A DNA stretch of 64,000 nt, taken from positions 512,001 through 576,000 of the forward strand of contig OZ219785.1 in the NCBI GenBank assembly GCA_964291285.2. Reading direction: 5' to 3'. Under the pieces are notes generated by a model that saw only the letters and a list, made by a program, of their open reading frames with translations, was not told the DNA's origin and ran no database searches. This DNA is from Alphaproteobacteria bacterium. Its GTDB lineage: Bacteria; Pseudomonadota; Alphaproteobacteria; Bin95. The position numbers and the translations under genes are program-made. Of this stretch, positions 1 through 7,789 are shown in pieces (within the stretch, counting starts at the first letter, position 1; every line of letters starts with the position of its first letter).

Positions 1-1
1 T

Positions 2-1114
2 CGCGGCGCCGCAGTCCGTTCCCCACAGTTCCTTGAACGGGACAAGGTCGCCGTTGTCCATCCGCCAGCTGAAGTTCTCCGCGAACTCCGTCATGGAAAT
101 CCTCAGTTCTCCCATGCGGCAGCCGTCCTCGCTCCGATCGTTCTTCCCGCACAGGCTGATCTCGTTGGCCTCCGCATTCCAGCCATCGTTGCCCCCTGCC
201 CACACCGCGACGATGTCCTTGCCGGCAAGAGCCCCGGCAAGCCACTCGAACTCGCTCAGCAAGGCGCCGTCGCGTTCCATAGCCGGCCTGAACCATGGTT
301 TGGGAGGGGTCAACCAGACTCCCGGCCGCCCCTTGTAGGTTCCGAAATAATCTCGGCCTATTCCGATGCTCAGATTGACGACCCGCGCATCGTTTCGGGC
401 GGCGTATGCGACCGCGTCTTCGGGCCGCCCGCTGTCCGAGGTCTGTATCGGCATGATCGAGGCATCGGGCGCGACGCCATGCATGTTCTTCGTCGCCTTC
501 CTGCCGGGGCTTCCGTTGCTTTGCCGGTAGGTGACCTCGAAAGGCCCCAGGCTGTTCCCTCTGGTTCCGGCCGCGATCATCGCCACATAGGTGCCGTGGA
601 CGTTCTCGTCGGACTCTGAGACCCGATTGTCCGCATTCCGCAGATGTACCGGCGACACCGCACGGTCCGCCAGGTCGGGATGGGTGAGGTCGAAGCCGTG
701 GTCGGCCACCGCAAGCCTGACGCCCGCGCCGAAATAGCCGCGCCGATACGCCTCCTCCGCGCCGATGTCGTCCAGTCCCCAGTTCACCAGATATTCGGCC
801 GTCCGGTAATTCCGGTTGTCGCGCGCGTTGGGGGTGCCGAGGTCGTGGCCCCGGAATTGAAGCGCGACGGGATTTGCCGAGCCGGGCGCCCGGGGTCCAG
901 GCGGGACGTTGCCCGGGGCCCCTCCGGGAGGGGGGCCGGCCGGGGAAAAGGAGCTGCCGCCACCGCCACAGCCCGCCGCCAGCAGGGTGCAAGACAAGGC
1001 GGCGAGCGACAGGACCAGCCCGAAGCGGCGTTGGACCTCGGCTGTTGCGCCCCTGCCCGGGTCCACGCCAGCCGGATTTCCTGCTGCAACATGGCGCCTC
1101 AAGGGAATGAACAT
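2..1114 (-). CDS. S8 (subtilisin-like) serine peptidase, probable lipoprotein; 5' part only, runs off the window
   Basis: Hand translation from ATG 1114 (GGAG upstream) gives lipobox LLAAGC-GGGG, then NWGLDDIGA, GAGVRLAVADHG (catalytic Asp), HGTYVAMIAAG (catalytic His), HGVAPDA and VVNLSIG. Absent from the ORF track because its stop lies outside the window. Confidence 0.88.
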   Translation of the reverse strand, partial: MFIPLRRHVAAGNPAGVDPGRGATAEVQRRFGLVLSLAALSCTLLAAGCGGGGSSFSPAGPPPGGAPGNVPPGPRAPGSANPVALQFRGHDLGTPNARDNRNYRTAEYLVNWGLDDIGAEEAYRRGYFGAGVRLAVADHGFDLTHPDLADRAVSPVHLRNADNRVSESDENVHGTYVAMIAAGTRGNSLGPFEVTYRQSNGSPGRKATKNMHGVAPDASIMPIQTSDSGRPEDAVAYAARNDARVVNLSIGIGRDYFGTYKGRPGVWLTPPKPWFRPAMERDGALLSEFEWLAGALAGKDIVAVWAGGNDGWNAEANEISLCGKNDRSEDGCRMGELRISMTEFAENFSWRMDNGDLVPFKELWGTDCGAA

Positions 1115-1303
1115 GCTCTCGCTCCCATGCCGTGCCGGCAGCCCTGACATGACCGTGACATCGAGTGGTGCAACCGTCTGCCTTTCGGGAAAGAATGCAC
1201 CCCGAGGGGGAGGAACGGAACCCCCCAGGGCGAATTAATTGTCTGCCTTTGGGCCATGTTGAGGTGGGGTCCGGGGTGGCTATTTTTTTCTTGATATGGC
1301 AGT

Positions 1304-3100
1304 GTGCCGGTCATGGCGAGGTTTCTGTTTGCGGGTGTTTGGGTTGATCTTCGCGCGGTCACGGTGCGCCCGACCTGGGGGGCACGGGAGCACCGGCGCT
1401 GGGACGATTTGGTAGCGGCGCACCACTATCTGCGGTTCCACGGCATCATCGGCAAGGGTCTGCGCCATGTCGCGGTTCATGGCGAGGCCTGGCTTGCCCT
1501 GGTTGGCTGGCAGCCTGGAGCGTTCAAGGTGGGAGCGCGGGACCGCTGGATCGGGTGGTCGGCGGAGCAGCAGTTCCGTCGCCTGCATCTGGTTGCCAAC
1601 AACTCGCGCTTTGTCATCCTGACGCCTGAGCGGGTTCCCAACCTTGCCTCGCGGGTGCTGGGGCTGAGCGTGCGGCGGCTGTCGCAGGACCTGCGGGCGG
1701 CGCATGGCTATCCGGCTGTTGTGGCGGAGACGTTTGTGGACGTCTCGCGCTTCGCCGGCACCTGCTACCGCGCGGCCAACTGGCGCTCTTTGGGTCTGAC
1801 GCGCGGCTTTGCCCGCGAGCCCGGAGGGGTGGCGCGCTGGCGTCACCACGGCCAGCCCAAGGAGGTCTTCGTGTTCGAACTGACACACGGCGCCCCCGAG
1901 GCGCTGAGCCATCCCGAGATACCGGCAGACTGGAACGCTGAGCAGCACACCGAGCCGATGGCGGCGCCCCGGCTGCGCAGCCTGTTCGAGTGTTTGGGCG
2001 AGGTGCCCGAATACCGCCATGCCCGGGGCAAGCGCTATGCGCTCACCACCATTCTGACGCTGGCCGTTGCCGCCCGGCTTGCCGGATACCGGGGTGTGAA
2101 CGCCTTCGCCCAGTTCGCCGCCCTGCTCTCCCAGAAGCAACTCAAGGCGGTGGGCGCCTTCTGGAGCCCATCCAGGCAGTGCTACACGCCGCCGGCGGTC
2201 ACCACCTTCCACAACATCCTCGCCGCCCTGCCGCCACAGACCCTGGACAATGCCATCGGCCAGTGGGCCGGACAGCACAGCAGTGCGCACGCGCCTGTGG
2301 CCATGGACGGAAAGGATTTGCGCGGTGCCTCGAAGCAGAGCGAAGACCGGCGCAGGAGGATGGTCGCTGCGGTGGCGCATGACACCGGCGTGGTCCTCGG
2401 GCAGGTCGAAGTCAGCTCCAAAAGCAACGAAATCCCGGCCGTGCGCGAACTCTCCAGCGGTCTCGACCTCACAGGCCGGATCGTCACCATCGATGCGATG
2501 CACGCCCAGCACGAGACCGCGCGTTGCCTGCTCGAACGCCGTGCCGACTACGTGGTCAGCGCGGTGAAGGGCAACCAGCAGACCATCCTCGAAGACCTCA
2601 AGGCGATCGACTTCAGCGATGCGCCCTGGCACGAAACCGTCGACAAGGGCCATGGTCGCATTGAGCGCCGACGCTGCGCCGTCGTCGACCTCTGCGCTGC
2701 CGAGTGGGACGGCTACGCCCACCTTCACGGGCGCCGCCAGGCAATGCGCATGGAACGCGAGCGCAAGATGCTCAAAACCGGCAAGCGCAGCATCGAGGTC
2801 ACCTGGAGCCTGACGTCGCTTGGCGCAGAGCGAGCCGGCCCCAAGGAGCTTCTCGATCTGGTGCGCAACCACTGGCACATTGAGAACCGTGTGCACTATG
2901 TGCGTGACTTCACCTATGACGAAGACCGTTGCCGGGCATATGTGCGCCACCTGCCCGGAAATCTGGCCTGCTTGAGCAACGCGGCCATCGCTATCGTGCG
3001 CTGCGACGGACGCTTCCGATATGTACCCGAGGCCAACCGGCACTACGCCGCCCGCGCCCAAGAGGCCCTCGACGCGATTATGATCGCGCCCAGAGGCTGA
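1304..3100 (+). CDS. ISAs1-family transposase with N-terminal DUF4338 (DruA/Mom-like) domain
   Basis: C-terminal ISAs1 motifs MDGK, KSNEIP, IDAMH, VKGNQ, GHGRIE, HWHIEN. N-terminal HHYL, NNSRF, NLASRVL, ETFVD..F.GTCYRAANW are typical of DUF4338. The start could instead be ATG 1313. Confidence 0.9.
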   Translation: MPVMARFLFAGVWVDLRAVTVRPTWGAREHRRWDDLVAAHHYLRFHGIIGKGLRHVAVHGEAWLALVGWQPGAFKVGARDRWIGWSAEQQFRRLHLVANNSRFVILTPERVPNLASRVLGLSVRRLSQDLRAAHGYPAVVAETFVDVSRFAGTCYRAANWRSLGLTRGFAREPGGVARWRHHGQPKEVFVFELTHGAPEALSHPEIPADWNAEQHTEPMAAPRLRSLFECLGEVPEYRHARGKRYALTTILTLAVAARLAGYRGVNAFAQFAALLSQKQLKAVGAFWSPSRQCYTPPAVTTFHNILAALPPQTLDNAIGQWAGQHSSAHAPVAMDGKDLRGASKQSEDRRRRMVAAVAHDTGVVLGQVEVSSKSNEIPAVRELSSGLDLTGRIVTIDAMHAQHETARCLLERRADYVVSAVKGNQQTILEDLKAIDFSDAPWHETVDKGHGRIERRRCAVVDLCAAEWDGYAHLHGRRQAMRMERERKMLKTGKRSIEVTWSLTSLGAERAGPKELLDLVRNHWHIENRVHYVRDFTYDEDRCRAYVRHLPGNLACLSNAAIAIVRCDGRFRYVPEANRHYAARAQEALDAIMIAPRG

Positions 3101-3237
3101 TACCCCACCCCCCACCGCAATACAGGCTCGGGCCGAAGAACGGCGCAGCAAAACAACTGCGCCCGTCGAGGACGAAAACACTGGACCGCGGCATCAAGAA
3201 ACCACCATGACGGCGGCCAGAAACGTCTGGGGTTCCC

Positions 3238-3653
3238 CAAAACCTTCATTGTCGGGCGGGTCGGCCACCCCGTATCATGAAAACAGGTGCCGGCCGCGCG
3301 GGCGGGACTTCGGGCTTTTACGGGGTTGCCTACCGGTCAGGGTCCGCAAGACGGGCGCCGCAGATGGCGAGTATCGGACGCCTCGGGAGCAGTGCTTTGG
3401 CGGGGAGGTTTTTTTTGCGCCCGATCCCCAACAATTTTCACGGCAAAACCTTCATTGTCGGGCGGGTCGGCCACCCCGTATCATGAAAACAGGTGCCGGC
3501 CGCGCGGGCGGGACTTCGGGCTTTTACGGGGTTGCCTACCGGTCAGGGTCCGCAAGACGGGCGCCGCAGATGGCGAGTATCGGACGCCTCGGGAGCAGTG
3601 CTTTGGCGGGGAGGTTTTTTTTGCGCCCGATCCCCAACAATTTTCACGGCAAA
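3238..3653. repeat. Tandem dimer of a 206-bp non-coding mini-element inside ISAs1 copy 1
   Basis: Units 3238-3443 and 3444-3649 (CAAAACCTTCATTG...TTTTCACGG) are followed by CAAA. A solo copy lies at 57245-57450. Confidence 0.95.
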
Positions 3654-3743
3654 CACCGGCAGCCAGACCGACATCACTCAGACAAAGCCCGCGGTTCGAC
3701 TAAAAATTTTCCCTGGCGGCAGGGGCTTGCGCGAAGAATTTTG

Positions 3744-3770
3744 TTTAGCTAAATAGAGTGGACTAAATAG
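3744..3770. promoter_or_regulatory. Probable autoregulatory operator of the toxin-antitoxin pair
   Basis: Palindrome TTTAGCTAAA (3744-3753) and repeated CTAAATAG immediately upstream of the antitoxin start. Confidence 0.5.
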
Positions 3771-3785
3771 CGGGAAGGCTGTTCC

Positions 3786-4025
3786 ATGCTCACCGTCAAC
3801 ATGCACGAAGCCAAGACGCATCTGTCGCGCCTCGTCAAGGCCGCCGCTGAAGGCGAACCCTTCATCATTGCGCGCGCGGGCAAGCCGGTGGTCAAGGTCG
3901 TCGCTCTGGACGCGCCGGAACCGGGCTCCCGGATCGGGTTCATGGCCGGTGAGATATCCGTGCCCGACGACTTCGACAGCATGGGCGCCAGCGAGATCGA
4001 GTCCATGTTCCAGGACGATGCGTGA
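3786..4025 (+). CDS. Phd/YefM-family antitoxin
   Basis: VNMHEAKTHLSRLV..A..GEPFIIARAGKPV signature; GTGA overlap with the downstream toxin. Confidence 0.92.
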   Translation: MLTVNMHEAKTHLSRLVKAAAEGEPFIIARAGKPVVKVVALDAPEPGSRIGFMAGEISVPDDFDSMGASEIESMFQDDA

Positions 4026-4408
4026 AATATCTTCTAGATACGCATCTGCTCCTCTGGGCGGCAACCGGGTCGGCGCGGTTGCCGGCGGAGGCGCGCAGGA
4101 TTATCGATCTCCCGGAGACCGAACCGGCCGTCAGCGCCGCTTCGCTCTGGGAAATAGCGATAAAAAGCGGGCTGGGGCGAACCGATTTCCACATCGATCT
4201 GCGCTTGCTTCGGCGCAGGTTGTCGGTTCACGGCTACACCGAATTGCGGGTAACCGGAGCCCATGCGGCGGAGATATGTCTTTTGCCGCCGATTCATCGC
4301 GATCCCTTCGACCGCATGCTGGTTGCGCAAGCCCGGGTTGAAGGTATCACGCTCCTGACGGCCGACAGCATCGTCGCGCGCTATCCGGGTCCCATCCGCG
4401 CGCTATGA
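4022..4408 (+). CDS. vapC: VapC PIN-domain toxin
   Basis: LLDTHLLLW, SAASLWEIAIK, HRDPFDRMLVAQA motifs. Confidence 0.92.
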   Translation: MKYLLDTHLLLWAATGSARLPAEARRIIDLPETEPAVSAASLWEIAIKSGLGRTDFHIDLRLLRRRLSVHGYTELRVTGAHAAEICLLPPIHRDPFDRMLVAQARVEGITLLTADSIVARYPGPIRAL

Positions 4409-4437
4409 TGGCCGCGAACGCCGCCGGAGGTCCCGCG

Positions 4438-5559
4438 ATGAGCATCCGCCCGCCCGAAGACGCAGACCGCGCCGCGCTTGCCGGCCGGGTCTGGCGGGAC
4501 GATGCCGGGGGGCCGTCCGTCGTCGCGCTGAGGGACGGTGCGCTGGTCGATGTGACCCGGAGCTTCCCGACGATGACCGACCTCTTGTCGGCCGACGACC
4601 CGGCGGCGGCGCTGCGTGCGGCGCCCGGCGAGGCGCTGGGGCCGCTCGGGGCGCGGGACTCGCTGCTGGCGCCGGTCGATCTCCAGGCGGTCAAGGCCTG
4701 CGGCGTCACCTTCGCGGCCAGCATGCTGGAGCGGGTGATCGAGGAGCAGGCGCGCGGCGACCCGGCCGCGGCGGAGGGCGTCAGGACCATGCTCGCGAAG
4801 GAGATCGGCGCGGATTTGGCGGGCATCGCGCCCGGCTCGGCGGAGGCGGCGCGGCTCAAGCAGGCGCTGGTCGCGCGCGGGCTCTGGTCGGCCTATCTGG
4901 AGGTCGGCATCGGGCCGGACGCCGAGGTCTTCACCAAGGCGCAGCCCATGTCGGCGGTCGGTCCCGGCATGGAGATCGGCATCCGCTCCGACTCGGTCTG
5001 GAACAATCCCGAGCCGGAACTGGTGCTGGTCATCGCGCCCTCGGGCCGGATCGTCGGCGCGACGCTCGGCAACGACGTGAACCTCCGCGACATCGAGGGC
5101 CGCAGCGCCCTGCTGCTGGGGCAGGCGAAGGACAACAACGCCTCGACCGCGCTCGGCCCCTTCATTCGCTTCACGGACGACGGTTTCGGCCTGGACGACA
5201 TGCGCAGTGCGGAGATCGCGCTGCATGTGGCGGGCCGGGACGGCTTCGTGCTGGAGGGCAGAAGCTCGATGGCGGAGATCAGCCGCGACATCGAGGACCT
5301 GGCGGCCCAGACCATCGGCGCCGCGCACGACTATCCGGACGGCCTCGCGCTCTTCACTGGCACCCTGTTCGCGCCCGTCCAGGACCGCGACGCGCCGGGC
5401 CAGGGCTTCACCCACAAGCCGGGCGACCTTGTGACGATCTCAAGCCCCCGCCTCGGCGCGCTCGCCAACCGCGTCACCACCAGCGAAAACGCCCCCCGCT
5501 GGACCTTCGGCGCCCGCGCGCTGATGGCGAACCTGGCGCGCCGGGGGCTGCTGGGGTGA
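4438..5559 (+). CDS. Fumarylacetoacetate hydrolase family protein
   Basis: KACGVTF, EVFTK, WNNPEPE, GNDVNLRDIEGRS, AKDN, GTLFAP motifs. GGAGG precedes ATG 4438 (alternative start 4405). Confidence 0.88.
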   Translation: MSIRPPEDADRAALAGRVWRDDAGGPSVVALRDGALVDVTRSFPTMTDLLSADDPAAALRAAPGEALGPLGARDSLLAPVDLQAVKACGVTFAASMLERVIEEQARGDPAAAEGVRTMLAKEIGADLAGIAPGSAEAARLKQALVARGLWSAYLEVGIGPDAEVFTKAQPMSAVGPGMEIGIRSDSVWNNPEPELVLVIAPSGRIVGATLGNDVNLRDIEGRSALLLGQAKDNNASTALGPFIRFTDDGFGLDDMRSAEIALHVAGRDGFVLEGRSSMAEISRDIEDLAAQTIGAAHDYPDGLALFTGTLFAPVQDRDAPGQGFTHKPGDLVTISSPRLGALANRVTTSENAPRWTFGARALMANLARRGLLG

Positions 5560-5601
5560 CGGAGCGGTCGGGCCGGCGCAAGCATCCTTTGTATCGTTGC
5601 G

Positions 5602-5652
5602 TCAGACCGGGATGACGGACCTGCCAATGTGGAACTGACGGATTACCATTGA
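5602..5652 (+). pseudogene. 3' remnant of HigB-type toxin
   Basis: Reads DRDDGPANVELTDYH*, resembling the HigB C-terminus (..VEIVDYH*), with TGATG overlap to higA. No room or start for a full gene. Confidence 0.65.
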
Positions 5653-5951
5653 TGATCGGACCCATTCATCCCGGGGTGACGCTCCGCGAAGACTTCATGG
5701 AGCCGCACGGGCTGAGCGCCGCCGGGCTGGCTGAGGCGCTGGGCGTTTCCCGGAACCGGATCGCGGGTATTTTGCGCGGGCGGTGCGGCATCACCGCCGA
5801 TACGGCGCTTCGGCTGGAAACCGCATTCGGCGTGTCGGCCGCGTTCTGGCTGAATCTGCAATCTCACTACGAGTTGGAACTGGCGAGCCGAATAGCAGGT
5901 CCGGCGATTGACGAGACCGTAAAAAGGTTCCCCTCGCCGGCCGCGGCCTGA
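5652..5951 (+). CDS. higA: HigA-family antitoxin (XRE HTH)
   Basis: PIHPGVTLREDFM..LAEALGV...ITADTALRL...FWLNLQSHYEL. Confidence 0.9.
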   Translation: MIGPIHPGVTLREDFMEPHGLSAAGLAEALGVSRNRIAGILRGRCGITADTALRLETAFGVSAAFWLNLQSHYELELASRIAGPAIDETVKRFPSPAAA

Positions 5952-6056
5952 TTGGCAGGACGGTGGACCGGATAGGGGAGCCGGGCCGTTCGCGGGCCGG
6001 CAGAGTTGGAACAATCTGTTTGTTCGAAATTTATTTCTAATATTTCCTAAAAATAC

Positions 6057-6085
6057 TTGACTTATGGAAAGGCCATGGCCATATT
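6057..6085 (+). promoter_or_regulatory. Sigma70-like promoter with upstream palindrome
   Basis: TTGACT-N17-CATATT in an AT-rich patch; GAACAA-N5-TTGTTC palindrome at 6009-6025. Confidence 0.5.
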
Positions 6086-6391
6086 GAGCCGGACGGGCGG
6101 CCATCCGGAGGCCGCCTCGCCGTTCGCGCCGGCGCCGGCGCGAAAAAAAACCCGAGAAACGGACGGGAAAGGTGCGCCCTGATTTCGGGGTCGCGCGCGC
6201 GGGCAATCAGGCGCGCGAACCGCGCCGGCGGCGACGCGCGCGGACAGGCGGGCGCGATACGCGCGAAACAGGGTCCCACCGCACCGGGCGAGCCGGCGGC
6301 GGGAGGAACGGAACGGAGCGGAACGGAACGCGATGGAGGAACGGCATGCGAGATACGGACAGGTAGCAACGGCACCGGAGGCGCGGCTGAC

Positions 6392-6449
6392 CATGACAAA
6401 ACATGACATTTCCGGAGGGCCTCATGACAAAACATGACATTCCATGACA
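6392..6449. repeat. Phased CATGACA direct repeats
   Basis: CATGACA at 6392, 6402, 6423, 6433 and 6443; the 19-mer CATGACAAAACATGACATT occurs twice. Confidence 0.85.
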
Positions 6450-6478
6450 TGCCGGGGGTCCCTGGCGTGCCGCGCCGG

Positions 6479-6898
6479 CTATTCCCCGTCCGCCCGTCCG
6501 GTCACCGTCGCATGGCGGGGCAGGTCGTCGGCGATTTCGAGCCAGCCTATCCGTTCCTCGTAGAAGACGTGGAAGGCGGGCGGCAGGGACTGCGGGTCGT
6601 CGAGGGTGCTGATGTAGAAGTGGGTCTCGCCGGGGAAGCGGTCCGACTCGTAGGTGAGCGGGGTGCCGCAGGCCGCGCAGAAGCCGCGCTCCACGCCGGG
6701 CGAGGAGGCGAACAGGGCGCGTTCGCCCCTGGTGAATGTCACCGACTTCGTGGCGGCGCCGACGAACATGGTGACCGGGGCGCCGGTGCTGCGCCGGCAG
6801 GTCGCGCAGTGGCAATAGCCGGTCCAGAGCGGCGCGGCATCGATACGGTAGCGCACCCTGCCGCAGAGGCAGCCGCCTTCGAGGGGCAGGTCTGCCAT
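6479..6898 (-). CDS. GFA family protein (CENP-V/Gfa)
   Basis: GGCLCG.VRY, CHCATCRR, RGFCAACGTPL. Confidence 0.9.
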   Translation of the reverse strand: MADLPLEGGCLCGRVRYRIDAAPLWTGYCHCATCRRSTGAPVTMFVGAATKSVTFTRGERALFASSPGVERGFCAACGTPLTYESDRFPGETHFYISTLDDPQSLPPAFHVFYEERIGWLEIADDLPRHATVTGRADGE

Positions 6899-6904
6899 CG
6901 CCGC

Positions 6905-7777
6905 TCAGGCCGCCGCCGCGTGGACCGCGGGCAGGCCGCGCACGCTGATGCGCCAGAGCAGGCGCGAGTCCTGCTTCGAGGTCGCGACGCCGATGGGGGT
7001 GGCGGCGTGCATGGTCTGCAGCGTGTCCCACACCACCAGGTCGCCCGCGGCGTATTTGTGGCGGTAGATGTGCCGCTCCTCCAGCGCGTGGTCCTTCAGC
7101 TCGTCGAGCAGCGCTTCCGCGTCGGCGTCCGCCATGCCCTCGATGGCGTAGGCGCCGTGGCCGAGCGCGTAGAGCGCCTTTCGGCCCGTCACCGGATGGG
7201 GCATGACCAGCGGGTGCCAGACCGGCGGCACGCGGCTGTCCTGCTCGTCATTGGCGATCGGGTTCGCTGGCGGCTCGTCCGCGCGCCGCTTGCCGCGCCC
7301 GTATTTGTGCGCGACCCGGATGCCGTCGATCCGCCGCTTCACCGCCTCTTCCAGATTGTCCCAGGCCGCGGCCATGTCGCAGAACTGCGTCTCGCCGCCC
7401 TCGGCGGGCGCGACGATGGAGTAGAGCATGGTCGCGCTCGCCGGCACCTCCTCGTAGGACTGGTCGGTGTGCCAGAGCGCGGCGCCGTTGCGGATCTTCG
7501 GGTCCTCGTCGCGCTTCTCGGTGTTGCCGACGGTCATGAGCTCCGGATAGCCGGCCATGCGCATATGGTCGAGCACATGGGGGATCGGCGCGCCCCACTG
7601 CCGCCCGAAGCCGAGATAGCCCTCCTCGTCGAGCTTCTGGTCCCGGATGACGATGACGCGGTGGTCGTAGAGCGCGCCGGTCAACAGCCGCATGAGCGCA
7701 TCGTCGGCGCCGGCGCCCAGGTCGACGCCGCGTACTTCCGCGCCGAAGGCGGCGTCGAGCGGGGTAATCGCGGTCAT
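6905..7777 (-). CDS. TauD/TfdA-family Fe(II)/2-oxoglutarate dioxygenase
   Basis: WHTD, GGETQFCDM, HPLVMPHPVTGRKALY, VVWD...MH motifs. Confidence 0.9.
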   Translation of the reverse strand: MTAITPLDAAFGAEVRGVDLGAGADDALMRLLTGALYDHRVIVIRDQKLDEEGYLGFGRQWGAPIPHVLDHMRMAGYPELMTVGNTEKRDEDPKIRNGAALWHTDQSYEEVPASATMLYSIVAPAEGGETQFCDMAAAWDNLEEAVKRRIDGIRVAHKYGRGKRRADEPPANPIANDEQDSRVPPVWHPLVMPHPVTGRKALYALGHGAYAIEGMADADAEALLDELKDHALEERHIYRHKYAAGDLVVWDTLQTMHAATPIGVATSKQDSRLLWRISVRGLPAVHAAAA

Positions 7778-7789
7778 GGGCGGTTCCTC

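Larger units (their letters stand above)
1226..3715 (+). mobile_element. ISAs1-family insertion sequence, copy 1 (2,490 bp)
   Basis: Ends CAGGGCGAATT...AATTTTCCCTG (CAGGG termini typical of ISAs1). Appears identical to 35518-38007. The 10-bp flanks CGGAACCCCC and GCGGCAGGGG do not form a target duplication. Confidence 0.92.

Noticed and set aside
1304-1900. Druantia defence system
   Set aside because: Only a DUF4338 domain fused to a transposase is present; there is no DruE helicase or other dru gene.
3238-3653. 206-bp repeats as a CRISPR array
   Set aside because: Units are long and identical with no unique spacers, and no cas genes are present.
3207-3756. ORFs spanning the tandem mini-element
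   Set aside because: Open in several frames at once with low-information translations; an artefact of a stop-poor repeat.
6037-6450. Minus-strand ORFs MSWNVMFCH.../MSCFVM...
   Set aside because: Their starts come from the CATGACA repeats and the translations are Arg/Pro/Ala-rich; treated as non-coding.
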